A stretch of 63,899 bases of DNA, filler included, from Craspedostauros australis (Eukaryota), in NCBI GenBank assembly GCA_030167865.1. It is 18 parts of 18 records of this genome, joined end to end, with 100 filler letters (N's around TTAATTAATTAA, not from the genome) between each part and the next. Parts side by side here need not be neighbours in the genome. Positions count along the whole stretch, not along the records: positions 11,039 to 15,511 come from JALAGF010001694.1; positions 15,612 to 17,347 come from JALAGF010001695.1; positions 17,448 to 40,470 come from JALAGF010001696.1; 15 more parts are not named here. One strand, given 5' to 3'. The position numbers and the translations under genes are program-made. The notes beneath the pieces are model-generated. The model made no database searches. It was not told where the DNA came from and saw nothing but the letters and a program-made list of their open reading frames with translations. Each line of letters begins with the position of its first letter. Position 1 is the stretch's first letter. Of this stretch, positions 11,764 through 23,316 are shown one piece after another.

Positions 11764-12432
11764 ATGACGACAACATTCATGAAGTCGAAGAACCACTTGG
11801 GCATGGCGAGCTCCACAGTCCTGGACATTCCAGCAGAGCTGGCGTTCGATATCTTCTCCGACTTCAGCTGCCATCCACGAGTCTTCCGCATGTGCACTCG
11901 GATGGATCTCTTGTCCGGCCCTGGATGGAGATCTGCTGCTTTCAAGGAGATCGCCCGTGTTGCGAATCACACTGATGCTGCTGCTTTCAAGAGCAATCAA
12001 GGACCGCCTCGCTCGACACCGGTGGGATCGAGGTACAGAGCTGTGTTCGCTCCAGATGGTGGGTCCACTTACAAGACCATCCTCACGATCACAAAAGCGG
12101 ACACCGACCCAAAGAGGACGTGTTTCGAGCTCTCCGTGGTATTCACCATGGCGTACTGGACGGTGACGGCAACGCAAAGGTTTCAGCAATTTCCACACAG
12201 TACGAATACACCGCAGGATTCACCAAATGCAGTCGGCTCTTGCTGGGTGGGTACCACCTATGCATTGGTTCCAAACAACTGGCAGGGTCGAATCTACTTT
12301 TGGCTGCGCGCCAAGCAATTGCAAATAGATGCGGCGCAAGGGTTTCAGCAAGACATGCAAGACCTATGCGCGGAAGGAAAAAGGAGGATGAACGCAACGT
12401 CAATCCGACCATCGGGCGAGAAGCTTCCATGA
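11764..12432 (+). CDS. SRPBCC/polyketide-cyclase (START-like) fold protein, paralogue 1
   Basis: N-terminal STVLDIPAELAFDIFSDFSCHPRVF matches the SRPBCC start pattern, followed by VGSRY, beta-strands and a C-terminal helix. Clear paralogue at 13929. Confidence 0.55.
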   Translation: MTTTFMKSKNHLGMASSTVLDIPAELAFDIFSDFSCHPRVFRMCTRMDLLSGPGWRSAAFKEIARVANHTDAAAFKSNQGPPRSTPVGSRYRAVFAPDGGSTYKTILTITKADTDPKRTCFELSVVFTMAYWTVTATQRFQQFPHSTNTPQDSPNAVGSCWVGTTYALVPNNWQGRIYFWLRAKQLQIDAAQGFQQDMQDLCAEGKRRMNATSIRPSGEKLP

Positions 12433-13928
12433 CGGCCACCCACCTCACACACGCTCACCTCAAAGTGGGCGTTTCCAAATGGACTCTCCATGGCAATTGA
12501 CGGAATGTGTGAAGCACAAGATGCAGCAGACAGAAGCCGAACTCGGGCGACATGCCCAAGCATCAACTTTGCGAGCAATGTCGCATTGCATCGCAGTGAA
12601 GAGCGCAAGCTGTCGAATGCCATTGACATGGAAGGTCCGTCGGCCTTCTGCCGAAGATCGACGATCGATGATCATTGGCTATTGACAGGTTGCGCGGCGC
12701 TGTAGAATTGCCAGCCGAACAGTACGATGGGATGGAATTGATCGGTTCCAGCGAATGCCTCGCATTCACCAATCATGATGCTATGGCTGTGAGTCACGGT
12801 CATATGATAGCCTACAGTGGCTGGAATCGTGACATCACCGTGGCGGCACCATCTTTCGGACGCACAGCGCAATTCAAGACAGAAGCATCATTGGAGAAAC
12901 GGGTTCACAGACAATCAACCTCTTGGGGCAGCACAATTGCGCTGGAGTTTGAGCCGCTCTCTTCCCATGTTCTCTGGTGCCGCCGCAACGACAGAATCCA
13001 GAGTACTCAAGATCACACGTTCCCTCCCGATCGTCATGATCATCGGTTAGTCTACGCACGTCGCAAGGATGAAACGTTCCCGCTAATGCCCAATTTGATG
13101 ACGTCGCTGACGAGCAGCATATGCAGTCCCATGTCCATGCCGGCCCACTTCATTAAGCGTATCAGTAGTATCCAGAAGCTTCAAGAGAACACCATACACA
13201 CGAGCTAGAGGACACTGATGGTCTTTCTCTCTCTTTCTCTCTCTCTGTCTGGGGAGGGGTTGTTCCTATCTTGTGCCTCGTACGTACTCGAATTGTTCTG
13301 TTGCGTACCGTTACTGTGAGACGAATCTCCTCAGAAAGATCAAACATGAAACGAGACGCTACACCCATCGTCCCCAACCTGCGATTGGCGACGAGCTGTG
13401 GTCCTCCACCTCCACCACCTCCACCAACCCCGACAACTATGGCAACAGGGTACGTGTTTCGCCTTCTTCCCACCAAAGGTCTGCGATGCTCGTCGGCAGA
13501 ATGCACGTGTGTTTCACATCGCAAAGAGTATTGGCGAGGCCGGAAGGCTACAACAACGAGAGTAGATAAAAATGACTAGAACAAACACGAACGTGTCCAC
13601 AGCGTTTTTGGCGAAATCAACACCACGCCATCAACAATGCGGACACGATGCCACCAAACACGTTCCGTTTGGAAACAGTCACCGCAGATCCCTCCGCTGC
13701 ACATCCAGAGGGATGGACATGTTTGGAGCTACCGGCGGATCGTTGGAGAAGGCGCACCATCTCATCCACATGCACCGCGAGGCATCCACCATCTTTGTTG
13801 TTGCCTTCCATCGATCACATCTCTGCTCTGTGCATTTGATGATCTTTCGTGACGAATCGCAAAAAGAACTTTGACGCAGCAACTCAAACGCAGCTCCTTC
13901 GGCACAACGGTCAGCAACAAGCGGCAAC

Positions 13929-14645
13929 ATGACGATGACATTCGTGAAGACGAAGGACCACATCGGCATGGCGATTTCCGCACTTGTGGACATTCCAGCG
14001 GATGAGGCTTTCGATGTCCTGGCGGACTTCAGCTGTCATCCGCGAGTCTTCCGCTTTTGCACACGGATGGATCCCATATCGACTCCTGATGTCGGAGTTG
14101 CTTCTGTCAAAGAGAGCGCTGCTCCTGCTCATTCTCTTCCACATAGAGCCCGTGTTGCAGATGACACTGTGCTCGAAGCCTCCAAAGAGGGCAACACAAG
14201 AGGACGCGCCGACCGTATACAAGTGGGCTCCAAGTACCGAACAGAGTTCGTACTTGATGGCAGACGCAGCTACAGCTCCGAATCCACAATCACAAGAGTG
14301 GATGCCGATCCAGAGAGAAAGTATTACGAAATAGCATGGGCAGCGACGCTAGGGCCCTGTGCATTGACAACAACGCAGACGGTGCATCGAGCGGAACCGG
14401 AGCAACACAAACAGCAACACAGGCACGCTACCAACGGAGATGGCCGGTGCCATGTCACCTTTTCGTACGCTTTGGTCCCCAACAACTGGCGAGGCCGAAT
14501 CTACTTGTGGTCCCATGGCAAACAAATGCGAAAAGATGTAGCGCGAAGCTTTCAGCTGGATATAAAGGATATTTGTGCAGAAGCCAAGAGGAGGAAGGAA
14601 AAGATAGTCGTATCAATTCAATCATCAGACGGGAAAGTTCTGTGA
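13929..14645 (+). CDS. SRPBCC/polyketide-cyclase (START-like) fold protein, paralogue 2
   Basis: Shares MT.TF.K.K.H.GMA, DFSCHPRVFR.CTRMD, YALVPNNW.GRIY and D.CAE.KRR with 11764-12432. Confidence 0.55.
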   Translation: MTMTFVKTKDHIGMAISALVDIPADEAFDVLADFSCHPRVFRFCTRMDPISTPDVGVASVKESAAPAHSLPHRARVADDTVLEASKEGNTRGRADRIQVGSKYRTEFVLDGRRSYSSESTITRVDADPERKYYEIAWAATLGPCALTTTQTVHRAEPEQHKQQHRHATNGDGRCHVTFSYALVPNNWRGRIYLWSHGKQMRKDVARSFQLDIKDICAEAKRRKEKIVVSIQSSDGKVL

Positions 14646-15626
14646 CGGTCACCAACCTCGCACAAGCATGATGCATACCGCACACGCAAGTCTGGGCGTT
14701 ATCAGCATCAGCTTCACGAATAATGATGCGTTGCGATGAATTGCATTGAAGAGATGGTTCGGCGGAATGCCATTGACACGGACCGTGCTTGGGCTCTCTG
14801 ACGTTCTGCCGAAGATCGATGCCGTCAACGGACGACGAGTAAACCTTCGGACCGCAATGCACACTGTTTGATCAGATAGTGCGAAAGAATGGAGTTGACC
14901 AACTCTACCGCCATAAGTCACTCGCACCCCCAAGCAAGATGGGAGGTTCCTCTTTCAGATTCAGTCGATGCTCATCGCACAGACGCGCTCTTTGACAAGC
15001 GGCGGTGTCCACAAACAATGCGCGTTTCACCAAGACGATGTCGCTGCGGCTCTGACTGTTGGAATCACTCCAACCGCCGTAGCAACGCAAGTTTTCGAAC
15101 GCGCGATGCAATCTAAGGCCGAAGCGTCGTTGGAGAGACAAGCGCACGGAGAAACAGCCAAGTACGTGTAAAGCGGGCGCAAGCTTCATAGAACACTGTC
15201 ATGGTTTATCCGGCGGAGTAGAGCCTGATCTCTTCCTCCTCTCTCTTTATTAGTAGAGGTTCTCTGATGCCACTGTAACGATAGGAGCCACTCAAGAGTT
15301 CACGTCGACTCTCGATCGTCATGATAATCGGTTAGTCCAAACAGGGATGCATGTGAAACGGTTAAAACGGGGTTAACATGCGAACACGGGCATCGCCCAA
15401 CCACGGGAGAACAGTGTACTCTCTGACAATCCTACACGACCCTATAATCCTTATAATATGAATCCTTTGGGTTTCCAACCCTCAATGACAATGCATGTGT
15501 GTGTTAACTTGNNNNNNNNNNNNNNNNNNNNNNNNNNNNNNNNNNNNNNNNNNNNTTAATTAATTAANNNNNNNNNNNNNNNNNNNNNNNNNNNNNNNNN
15601 NNNNNNNNNNNCAGCCCGACACAGCC

Positions 15627-16478
15627 ATGATGGACGCCAAGCAACGGCCTATCGTCGTCAACGCATGCAGTCCCACCGACCACCTCGGCTACACCATGCT
15701 TACTCAAGGCATGCGCGCACGCATGGGGGAGGATTCTCGGCCATCAGCGGCGCTGCTCGCACGTCATGTACAATTCATGGACCACAGCTTTCAGCAACAG
15801 TACCGCCACGCCGCGACCACACACCAACAGCGCACTGCCGCCATGGCCGCCATCATCAACCTGGTGGGCTGGCTCGGATGGCTCCGGGCATCCGAGGCTT
15901 TCGGCATCACCTGGGCGGACGTCACCCTTCTCCATCCACGCGACGCGGGCAACAACGATCTCCCCAACAACACGGGCGCAGTGTTGCTGCGCCTCGCGCT
16001 CCAAACCAAGTCCGACCGCAGCCGCCAGGCAGACGTCGTCGTGGCTTTCCGCACGGCATCAGGCCTGAGCCTCGGCGACTGGCTGCAGAGAGCGCATCGC
16101 CTCCGCGGTACACACAACGCTGCGGACTTCGTGGCTCAACACCCTTCCGGGCAACCGTGGACCTCCCAGTTCTACCGTGCCACGTTTGTGTACCCGTCTT
16201 TGCTCGAGCAACAGGACCGCGGGGATCCCTTCCTGCGGTCTGCTATCGGAGCTCAACACATGCCAATCCCGACGAGGTTCAACTCTTTCCACATGTATCG
16301 CCGAGGGGCGAGGACGCACGTATCTCGACGGCGNNNNNNNNNNNNNNNNNNNNNNNNNNNNNNNNNNNNNNNNNNNNNNNNNCGATGGCGACGCCAACGT
16401 GCCAACGAGGACATGCCCACCGCGTATCTTCAGTGGCCACTCGCCGACCGACTGGCGATCACCGCACTCTGCATGTGA
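15627..16478 (+). mobile_element. Tyrosine recombinase of a YR transposable element (DIRS/Ngaro- or Crypton-like), 5'-truncated
   Basis: Catalytic residues appear in order: R (GWLRASE), K (QTKSD), HxxR (HMYRRG), W (RWR) and Y (MPTAY). An internal N gap at 16334-16382 keeps the frame. Confidence 0.8.
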
Positions 16479-18707
16479 CCGCCCGGCGCTCACTTTTCCC
16501 GTTGTTCTTCGTTTCTTCCACTTCTTTCTCTTTTGGGGGGGGGAACCCTCTTTTTCCGCCGCCTGCGACAAAATCAGGGGGCACCAAGAGGAAGATATTC
16601 TCCCTCTGCAAGGGGGGATTCCAGCGCTCTCCCTCCAACCATGATCGAATCAGTCAACACCAACGCAAACAGCCGAGGCAGAGACCTGAGACGAACTTGG
16701 CTAGGAGGGATCGAGCCGGATGATCCAAGGCAAGCTTGGAGGTGCTAGTAAACCTACCACCCAACGCAGACAAAAGCTATGTGACTATGGATTAGCCGGG
16801 TCACTTCTGGACATAATTGACTGGTTGATACAGACGACCCATACGACTCCAGGGCACCATTCACAGGAAGGAGACGGGACACGACAGAAATGCGAGTCAC
16901 CCACGCGACCCCGCAACAGAGACCCGTCGTAACGGTTATAACGGCCACACATGGGCCGATCGCTTAAGTAATGACACTTCGAACCATGTGCGACAACGGT
17001 CATCTGATGGCAATGCGGAGCTCACAAAATGAACGACTGCGGCGACAAAATCGAAACACAAACGAAAATTCGAGAACACGGAATGCACTATCTTGAGTAG
17101 CATTACAAACCCGCCAAGAGAGACAGAATCGGATAGTGAAGCAGGATCAAGACCCGCTCCGAGCAAATGAGAAACAAAGGAGGCCAAACGCGAAGGATCG
17201 AGGAGCCCAAAACAGAAAGAGAGAAGAAGAGAAAGTAAACAACAAAGCAGAGAAGCGATGGGACAGCGACGATCGAATCACCCACAATTTGGAAAAGACA
17301 ACAGAATTGTCACACCTCCGCTTCGACGTACGCTTCCTTCAACGCTTNNNNNNNNNNNNNNNNNNNNNNNNNNNNNNNNNNNNNNNNNNNNTTAATTAAT
17401 TAANNNNNNNNNNNNNNNNNNNNNNNNNNNNNNNNNNNNNNNNNNNNCCTATCGACGAGATACGGATCCAAATCCAAACGGCATGCGCGTCGGAATCGGG
17501 TGTTCGAAATTTCTGCGTTTCAGTGCAGGGAGGCTTTGGAGTGTGAAATGCACATTGGACTCGGAGCGCTTCATGGAGTGGATAGATGGGGGGTATCCGG
17601 AGCCAATGTGATGCGCAGATTGCAAAAATGCCAGGGATGATAATGATGATCATGGGTGCTGAAGGTAGGGCAGCATGGTGGCACCCCGAATTTTTCGCAC
17701 CCACCACCTGACTGACAGCAAGCCAAAACGACATTAAAAATAAAGTTCATACAAATCTAACTTCGATATTAAGAATCACTTATATCCAATCGTCCGAATG
17801 CACTGTCTATTTTTAATTTTAAACGATGTGTTGTTGAGATATAACATCATAAGCAGTTGTTTGGATGGTTTTGGGTGTGCTCTATTTTAGTCTAATTTAT
17901 CACGACTCATCACGAGTAAAACTCAAAAACCACTCCACAACTAGTGTTATCGTTGGTGCATCAACTACGATTTGCACCTCGTAGTTCGCGCCTGGAATAG
18001 TAGAATAGAGCAGAGCGCTACGCTCCATCCAGCTCCTGCTGCTTCACTCTACTGTCTGTTAGCGCTCGATGATGGACTTGGAGCCGACATGCGACCTACC
18101 AGGAGATTGTACCCTGTCAGGATCCATGGGGGCGCATCACAATTGAGCAATCATGGAGTACGGTTGTCCTTTGGATGGGACCGTTTCGCCTCTCTCCACA
18201 ACGGCGAGAAAGTTCCATGGCATTCATCTCTAGATCTATCTATCTAGAGTACATTTATCTAGACCAATGGTGTGCCAGATCATATCCAGAACAATCGGAG
18301 ATTCCGTATTCCGCATTCCATCTGCCTCGGTTGTCTGTCCATCACGAAAAAGGTACTCAGAAAGGCGCATTTCTATCTCCACAAGTGTTCGCGTGAAATC
18401 GGTTGTTGGTGTGTTTTGCTGACTCCAACCAGAAGAGGGAGACTGGCAGGTTGACCATGGCGCCGACAAACCGGGTCCAGCCATCACCCGCCGTTCTCCA
18501 AGGATACTCGCACATCCTGAACGAGCTGCGACTGCTCGTACCAGCACTCTGCTTGCCGCCAGCGATACAGCGACTCTATCCGCATGCCATTGTTGGCACA
18601 ATAGATCGTACTATATTATACTCCGGAAGAAACTGTGAACCGCCGATCAACGTCGATCATACAATCCAGTACATTCTGCCAGCGGAGGGCTCCCTTCAGT
18701 TTCCGTC

Positions 18708-20052
18708 ATGAACGAGATGGCGAAACGTTTCTCGGGTCTGGCGTTGACCACGGCATCGCGAAGCAACGTCAGGACATCAGCAGTGACTGCGGCAACTAGG
18801 GCGACGGCTTGCTTGCGTGATATCCGAGCGATATCGGTGCATGCGCCCTCGTCGTTGTGCGGATCCGCATGCGCATCGGGACTCACGAAGCCGCACAACC
18901 ACAACGGCCAATTCTCTGCGTTGGTCGGAGGCTGCGGCATGACCGACCCATCACGATGGACTGCCTCCCATCATGCGCAGGAGGCTCAGCAACCATGGCG
19001 CCGCGCATTCTCAACCAAGGACGCGAGCGCAGTTGTGGAGGCGACGCCTGTGGATGCCGATGTCGGCGTGCCAGGAGAGGTGTCCATGGATGGCAACCTC
19101 CTCACGGATCAAGCCGGACAGCAGTACGGCATGTTCCTTGACACCCGCAAGATGCCCAAGCTCAAACCCTACATCGTCAAACGTCGCATCAACCGCTTGA
19201 AGACCTACATCGGAACCGAGAAGGAGATCCGACAGTCCCCCTGGAAGCTCAACCGCGTTTGCCAACTCGCTGCTGGGCTCACGTTGGAGGAGGCGCTCAC
19301 GCAGCTGCGATTTTGTGACATCAAGAACGCGGATCTCGTGGCCAAGATCCTCAAGCGGACCAGCAACCTTGCGGACATTCGCGATGGATTGCAGATGTCG
19401 CAGCTCGAGGTCGCGGAGTGCTTCACCACCAAGGGCATGATGCTCAAGCGCATCAAGATCATGGGACGAGGAAGGTACGCAACTTGCACTCCGCGAGTCA
19501 GACAATCCTCTTTTGCCGATGCTCCAGACGGTACTGCGTTGGACTCTGCTGTGCTTCGTTTCCCAGATCGCGTATGATCTCGTCATCATGCTTCAATCTG
19601 GTATGGCTCAACCAATGGGTTTTGCACCTTGCACCAGCACTCTACAAGTACTTGCAGTTGTACTCGCACCTGTACCGGCATTCGTCGTCCTCACCAGTTC
19701 CATCTCGTTTCCTGTTCTGCAATCTCATGTTACTGGCTCAATGTCTCACATTCAATGCATTGACCAAATCATCGTATTCTTTTGCGATGCAAAATCTCAT
19801 GACTCGCTCCACAACAGAAACGGTATCATGCATCACAAGTACTCTCACGTTCGTGTCATGTTGAGGGAGATTGACTTCAAGCTCAAGATCTACCAGGCCA
19901 AGACCCTCAACCAGAAGAAAAAGTGGCTGCAGCACCAGATCCGCGCCGAGGTGGATGCCAAGCAGGCAAAGGCCAAGCGTGACGAGATGGAGCGATTACT
20001 CAAGAAGCAGGAGGAGAAACAACAGCAGAGACAAGCAGAGGCCAACAAGTAG
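18708..20052 (+). CDS. MRPL22: Mitochondrial ribosomal protein uL22 (2 exons: 18708-19474, 19818-20052)
   Basis: IRQSPWKLNRVCQLAAGLTLEEALTQLRF, and after splicing the GT-AG intron 19475-19817, KRIKIMGRGR-NGIMHHKYSHVRVMLRE. The N-terminus is R/S/A-rich and ends in WRRAFS, like a mitochondrial presequence. Confidence 0.92.
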
Positions 20053-20364
20053 CGAAGCGATACGAACCCAAAATCATGTCGTTTTCACCCAAACGAGGAG
20101 TTACATTCTCTGCTTATTATTAGTTTGTTACCAATGGCGCCTGGTATTATCACTCCTCTCTCTCTCTCTCTCTCTCTCTGGAGGGAGAGAGAGCATAGTT
20201 TCGCGAGCGTGGAGGCACAGCGTCCACGCATCTCAAGGCCTACTCTATATGTCACTTCCCCTCCTGGAGCAGTATTCTCTCACCACATACTCGACTATGG
20301 CATTGCAGTCAAAGAGCAGGGGAATACTATGTCCATGCTTGTGTTTATACCGTACTCTGATACC

Positions 20365-22035
20365 TCACGGGCCAGCAAACCGCCCACGCACACGTGCTGG
20401 CTCCCCATCGCACACCAGACTGGGTCCCACAACATTTAGCTTCGTTAATAAATCCGACGCCTTTTGCAACAGCGCCAAGTCTTCCGCCAAAGGACGCTGC
20501 GGAACCGGCGATTGTGGCGTCGATCGCAACGGGTCGAAGGCGGCACGGAATTCTCGCGCCGTCGCACGCACGTCGTTATTCAAGTGGCACGGCACGATGC
20601 GCTCAAAATCGGGGAACCGTTCGCACACGCGATCCACCCAGGCCAACGTCACCTCAGGTTCGCGATCCAGGATCAGCTTCGTCAGGATCGGCGGGCAGAA
20701 CAGGGCACCGTCGCGTGAGATGGCGTTGAAGTTTTGCAGATCCATGTCACCATTCCACGTCCAGGGGTACAGATTGAAAGGCACGGCGCCATCGTCCAAA
20801 TTGGACATGCTGCGGTCGACGCGCCTGGCTTCTCGCAAGGCTTGCCCAGCCGGCGTGACATTGATCTGGGATGGGAAGAAGACGAGGCCGAACTGCACCA
20901 TGCGTCTCCATCCCTTGCTCCTGTTCGCGGGCGTGTCCTCGACGATCTCGTCGATGGAATCGCGGGCATGGAACAGCAAGGCGCGAGGATCCTCCCGGAT
21001 GATGGGAGGCGGCGTGGTGTCGACGCTGACGACGGTGTCCGTGACGAGCATGGTCTTGGTCGATTTGTGATAAAATGCCGTCTCGGAAAATGCTCCGACC
21101 GATTTGAAGGTGACAGGTCCCAAGACTTCGTACTCGATATCATTTTGCCATTCCGGCGCACCGTACCTCGCTGTCGGCTTGAAGATGGGATCCGACACGG
21201 GCATGCCGGGGACTGGCAATTCGCGGAACAAGGTGCCGCGTTGCGTGACTCCGAGGGCATCGATGGGCAGATTGAGCGGGAAAGCCCATTGGCCTGGTTG
21301 CACCCACACGGTCGCCTTTGGGAACTTGCGGCAGAATGCGCCGAAGGTGGCCTTGTGCTCCAACGCGACGGTGCCCAGCACGATGTGCCGCACGGGTCCG
21401 TGCTGCTCCTCCAGCCGCTTCATCATCTTGAGGACCTGCGGTGTTGGTGCAACGGGGTTGTGCACCCATAGACCCCCGCCGCTGGCCTCGGAGAGCTTGA
21501 TAACGGTCTGTCGCACGGGGACGTTGACATTGACGATGCCCTGGAGCTGATCATGCGTCCACATGGTGTCCGGGATGATGCAATCCTCGACTGTTGCTCT
21601 CCTTGTAGATGTTCCAGAAAGTGGCAGCAGAGAGAAGGCGATCTTTCCCAGCGGCCAGGTTACTTCCGTGGTCATCGGAGGCGTAGGAACGACGAATGGA
21701 GATTCCGCGTTGGCTGGCATGATTGGCGACAGAAACGTGGATGCCATGGAAAGCGACGCCGATTGCAACATGCGACGTCGTGAAAATCTTCTTTCGTGGC
21801 CGTCATCATTGCTTTCGCTGTCGCTTTCGCCATGGTCGTTGCGTTGGTTGTGCACAGCTTGATCATCTTCTGGCTTTGGCAGAGCTGAAAGGCGTAGCCA
21901 TGGCGATGCCGAGTGTGAATCAGCCGATGCGTGTGATGATGGCACGCTGCTATCGCCAATATTGTTGACGAAGGAGATCACCGGCTGCACTGAGAGCAAC
22001 GCCACGATGAGGGGGATTGTGCCACGCCGCGTCAT
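20365..22035 (-). CDS. DUF4336 family (metallo-beta-lactamase-like) protein, plastid-targeted
   Basis: Motifs TMWTHDQLQG, GGGLWVHNPVAPT, VRHIVLGTVALEHK, ETAFYHK..TMLVTD and IVPCH. Signal peptide ends VIS|FV (ASAFAP-like). Confidence 0.85.
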   Translation of the reverse strand: MTRRGTIPLIVALLSVQPVISFVNNIGDSSVPSSHASADSHSASPWLRLSALPKPEDDQAVHNQRNDHGESDSESNDDGHERRFSRRRMLQSASLSMASTFLSPIMPANAESPFVVPTPPMTTEVTWPLGKIAFSLLPLSGTSTRRATVEDCIIPDTMWTHDQLQGIVNVNVPVRQTVIKLSEASGGGLWVHNPVAPTPQVLKMMKRLEEQHGPVRHIVLGTVALEHKATFGAFCRKFPKATVWVQPGQWAFPLNLPIDALGVTQRGTLFRELPVPGMPVSDPIFKPTARYGAPEWQNDIEYEVLGPVTFKSVGAFSETAFYHKSTKTMLVTDTVVSVDTTPPPIIREDPRALLFHARDSIDEIVEDTPANRSKGWRRMVQFGLVFFPSQINVTPAGQALREARRVDRSMSNLDDGAVPFNLYPWTWNGDMDLQNFNAISRDGALFCPPILTKLILDREPEVTLAWVDRVCERFPDFERIVPCHLNNDVRATAREFRAAFDPLRSTPQSPVPQRPLAEDLALLQKASDLLTKLNVVGPSLVCDGEPARVRGRFAGP

Positions 22036-23316
22036 ATTCGTTGCACTCTGCGCGGTACGTTGCTGGTGTGTTTGTGTTTGTGTTGTGTTTGTGCTGTGTC
22101 TGTACGAGTACGTGCAAATGATTGTAGAGTGCTCCGTGAGATGGTCTTGTATTTATGGCAGCGCCAAGCCCCTGGGTATGACGGTGCGAAGGCGAAAGTT
22201 GGTTGGTTGCTTCGAGTTGTGGAGGTCAAGAGGGAGGTCGGAATTGATAGTCGTGGGGTTGTAGTACATATGCAACCCGAGCTGACTTGTTTGTGACGTT
22301 TGCTGTTGCAGTTGTGGGAGGTGCCGTCGATGTCGCCGTCGTCGTCGTCGTCGTCGATGTGGTTGCCGGGTTGAGGTTGTGGATGCGGATGTGTTGGAAG
22401 TTGAGGATGTGTTGCGGTTTGGTTGGTGGTTCCGCATTTCTTGATGAAAAAATGACCCGAAAAAGCGTTCGGCGAAAACGGAGATGCGTTTTGTCCCTAT
22501 GGATTCGGGACTGACTCAGTCGGACATGCGTCAGTACGTCGCCTGTCGTTGACGCATCGACCCGGATTTCGGCTGATTCAATGAAACGGGATTAAATCGT
22601 GAATGGGAATTGTTGTGTCGTGTGACGATGATCTTTTGGGATGTGTTGATGTTCGTGGGCGATCATGATCCCTCCAGTGGTGCCAATCATCGGCAACAGT
22701 TGCAGCCGTCTCATCTCATCTCATCTCATCTCATCCCATCCCATTTTATTTCACCTCATCCCATCTGGTTCCCTCTCAATTCACTGCTCGTCATAACATC
22801 GCATTGCATTGTATTGAAGTGCATTCCGACTTGTTCTCGGAACCAATCAGTTCAGATCTCGCGCTGGACGCATCCACGCGCACTGAGATCATAGGCTTGC
22901 GTGTTGCAAACAGAGAACATCACACGAGTGGTTCGGCCCGCACAGTCAGCCAGTCACGGCTCGGATCAGAGTGGTCGCTCTCTTTCTCTCGCATCGAAAG
23001 ATCGGATCAATTGGAGCAACAGGTTCTTCGTCATCTCTCTCTCTCTCTGGAGAAGTTTGGCATGATCAATAACTTCACTTACAAATCAGTTGGACGCCCG
23101 ACAGGGGCGTCATCAATACTTGGAGCATCACCGGGAGCATCATCGGAAGCACTGCTGTCGGCACTGATCGGTTCAAATACTCAAAAAGAAACACCAGCAG
23201 CCGAACCTGAACCTGCAACACCCGTGACAAGACAGAGGGCATGCACTACTGCTGCTGATGCAGACACTCCTGAACTGCAGAGATCACAGCCGAATCGCCG
23301 TACTCGAACCCGAAGA

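Noticed and set aside
16930..17040. Hammerhead, twister or HDV ribozyme, or C/D snoRNA behind the recombinase
   Set aside because: The catalytic cores (CUGAUGA..GAAA and others) and a canonical C box were not found by eye.
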